A DNA stretch of 64,000 nucleotides from Eledone cirrhosa. Taxonomy: Eukaryota. Position 1 is the first letter of the stretch; every line of letters starts with the position of its first letter. Under the pieces are notes generated by a model that worked only from the letters and a program-made list of their open reading frames with translations, had not been told where the DNA came from and made no database searches. Below, in pieces: positions 63,719 to 64,000 of this stretch. A program made the position numbers and the translations under genes. Location: the NCBI GenBank assembly GCA_964016885.1, contig OZ024746.1, positions 32,116,001 through 32,180,000 of the forward strand, in the 5' to 3' direction.

Positions 63719-63886
63719 ATTAACACTTAGAATTTAATATTCTATCATACTATTTCATTATAATACCATTATATATGTCAAAGGATTGTAAATAAAACGA
63801 GTAAATCAGACAAAGTTGGAATTCCTCTTATTAATATAATCTTCTATACACAATCATACACACCCGTGTATATTTACCTATCTATA

Positions 63887-63931
<45 letters not shown>

Positions 63932-64000
63932 GTATAGTGGTAGCTATAGGGTTTTTTGAGGATGTTGTTTTGATGACAACACCTCAGTGATAAAATTTGC

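Overview
This is AT-rich, microsatellite-dense eukaryotic DNA. The SINE families, TTAA-ended MITEs, RTE-type LINE relics and long (TA)n/(CA)n tracts look like a coleoid cephalopod, probably Octopus; that is recognition from memory, not a search. Nearly the whole window is the 3' part of one minus-strand gene, an MPRIP/TRIOBP/outspread-family PH plus coiled-coil protein. I assembled 17 GT-AG coding exons with consistent phases from 58128 down to the TGA at 5048-5050 (about 2197 aa in window). They include a PH domain split over three exons and a 4203-nt coiled-coil exon; the 5' end probably lies beyond the window. Most short ORFs in the track are microsatellite or repeat artefacts. The most interesting non-coding signals are: (1) four minimal type-I hammerhead ribozyme motifs with intact cores and palindromic or near-palindromic stem III, of the kind known from Penelope-like elements, plus degenerate relics; (2) four near-perfect fold-back palindromes of 116-680 bp next to (TA)n tracts, two carrying hammerhead or hammerhead-like motifs on both strands; (3) a candidate 27-nt in-frame microexon in the PH beta1-beta2 loop; (4) a candidate internal first exon; (5) repeated SINE insertion at one site of a MITE family. 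No Penelope RT or GIY-YIG ORF is visible, so the element assignment is inference.
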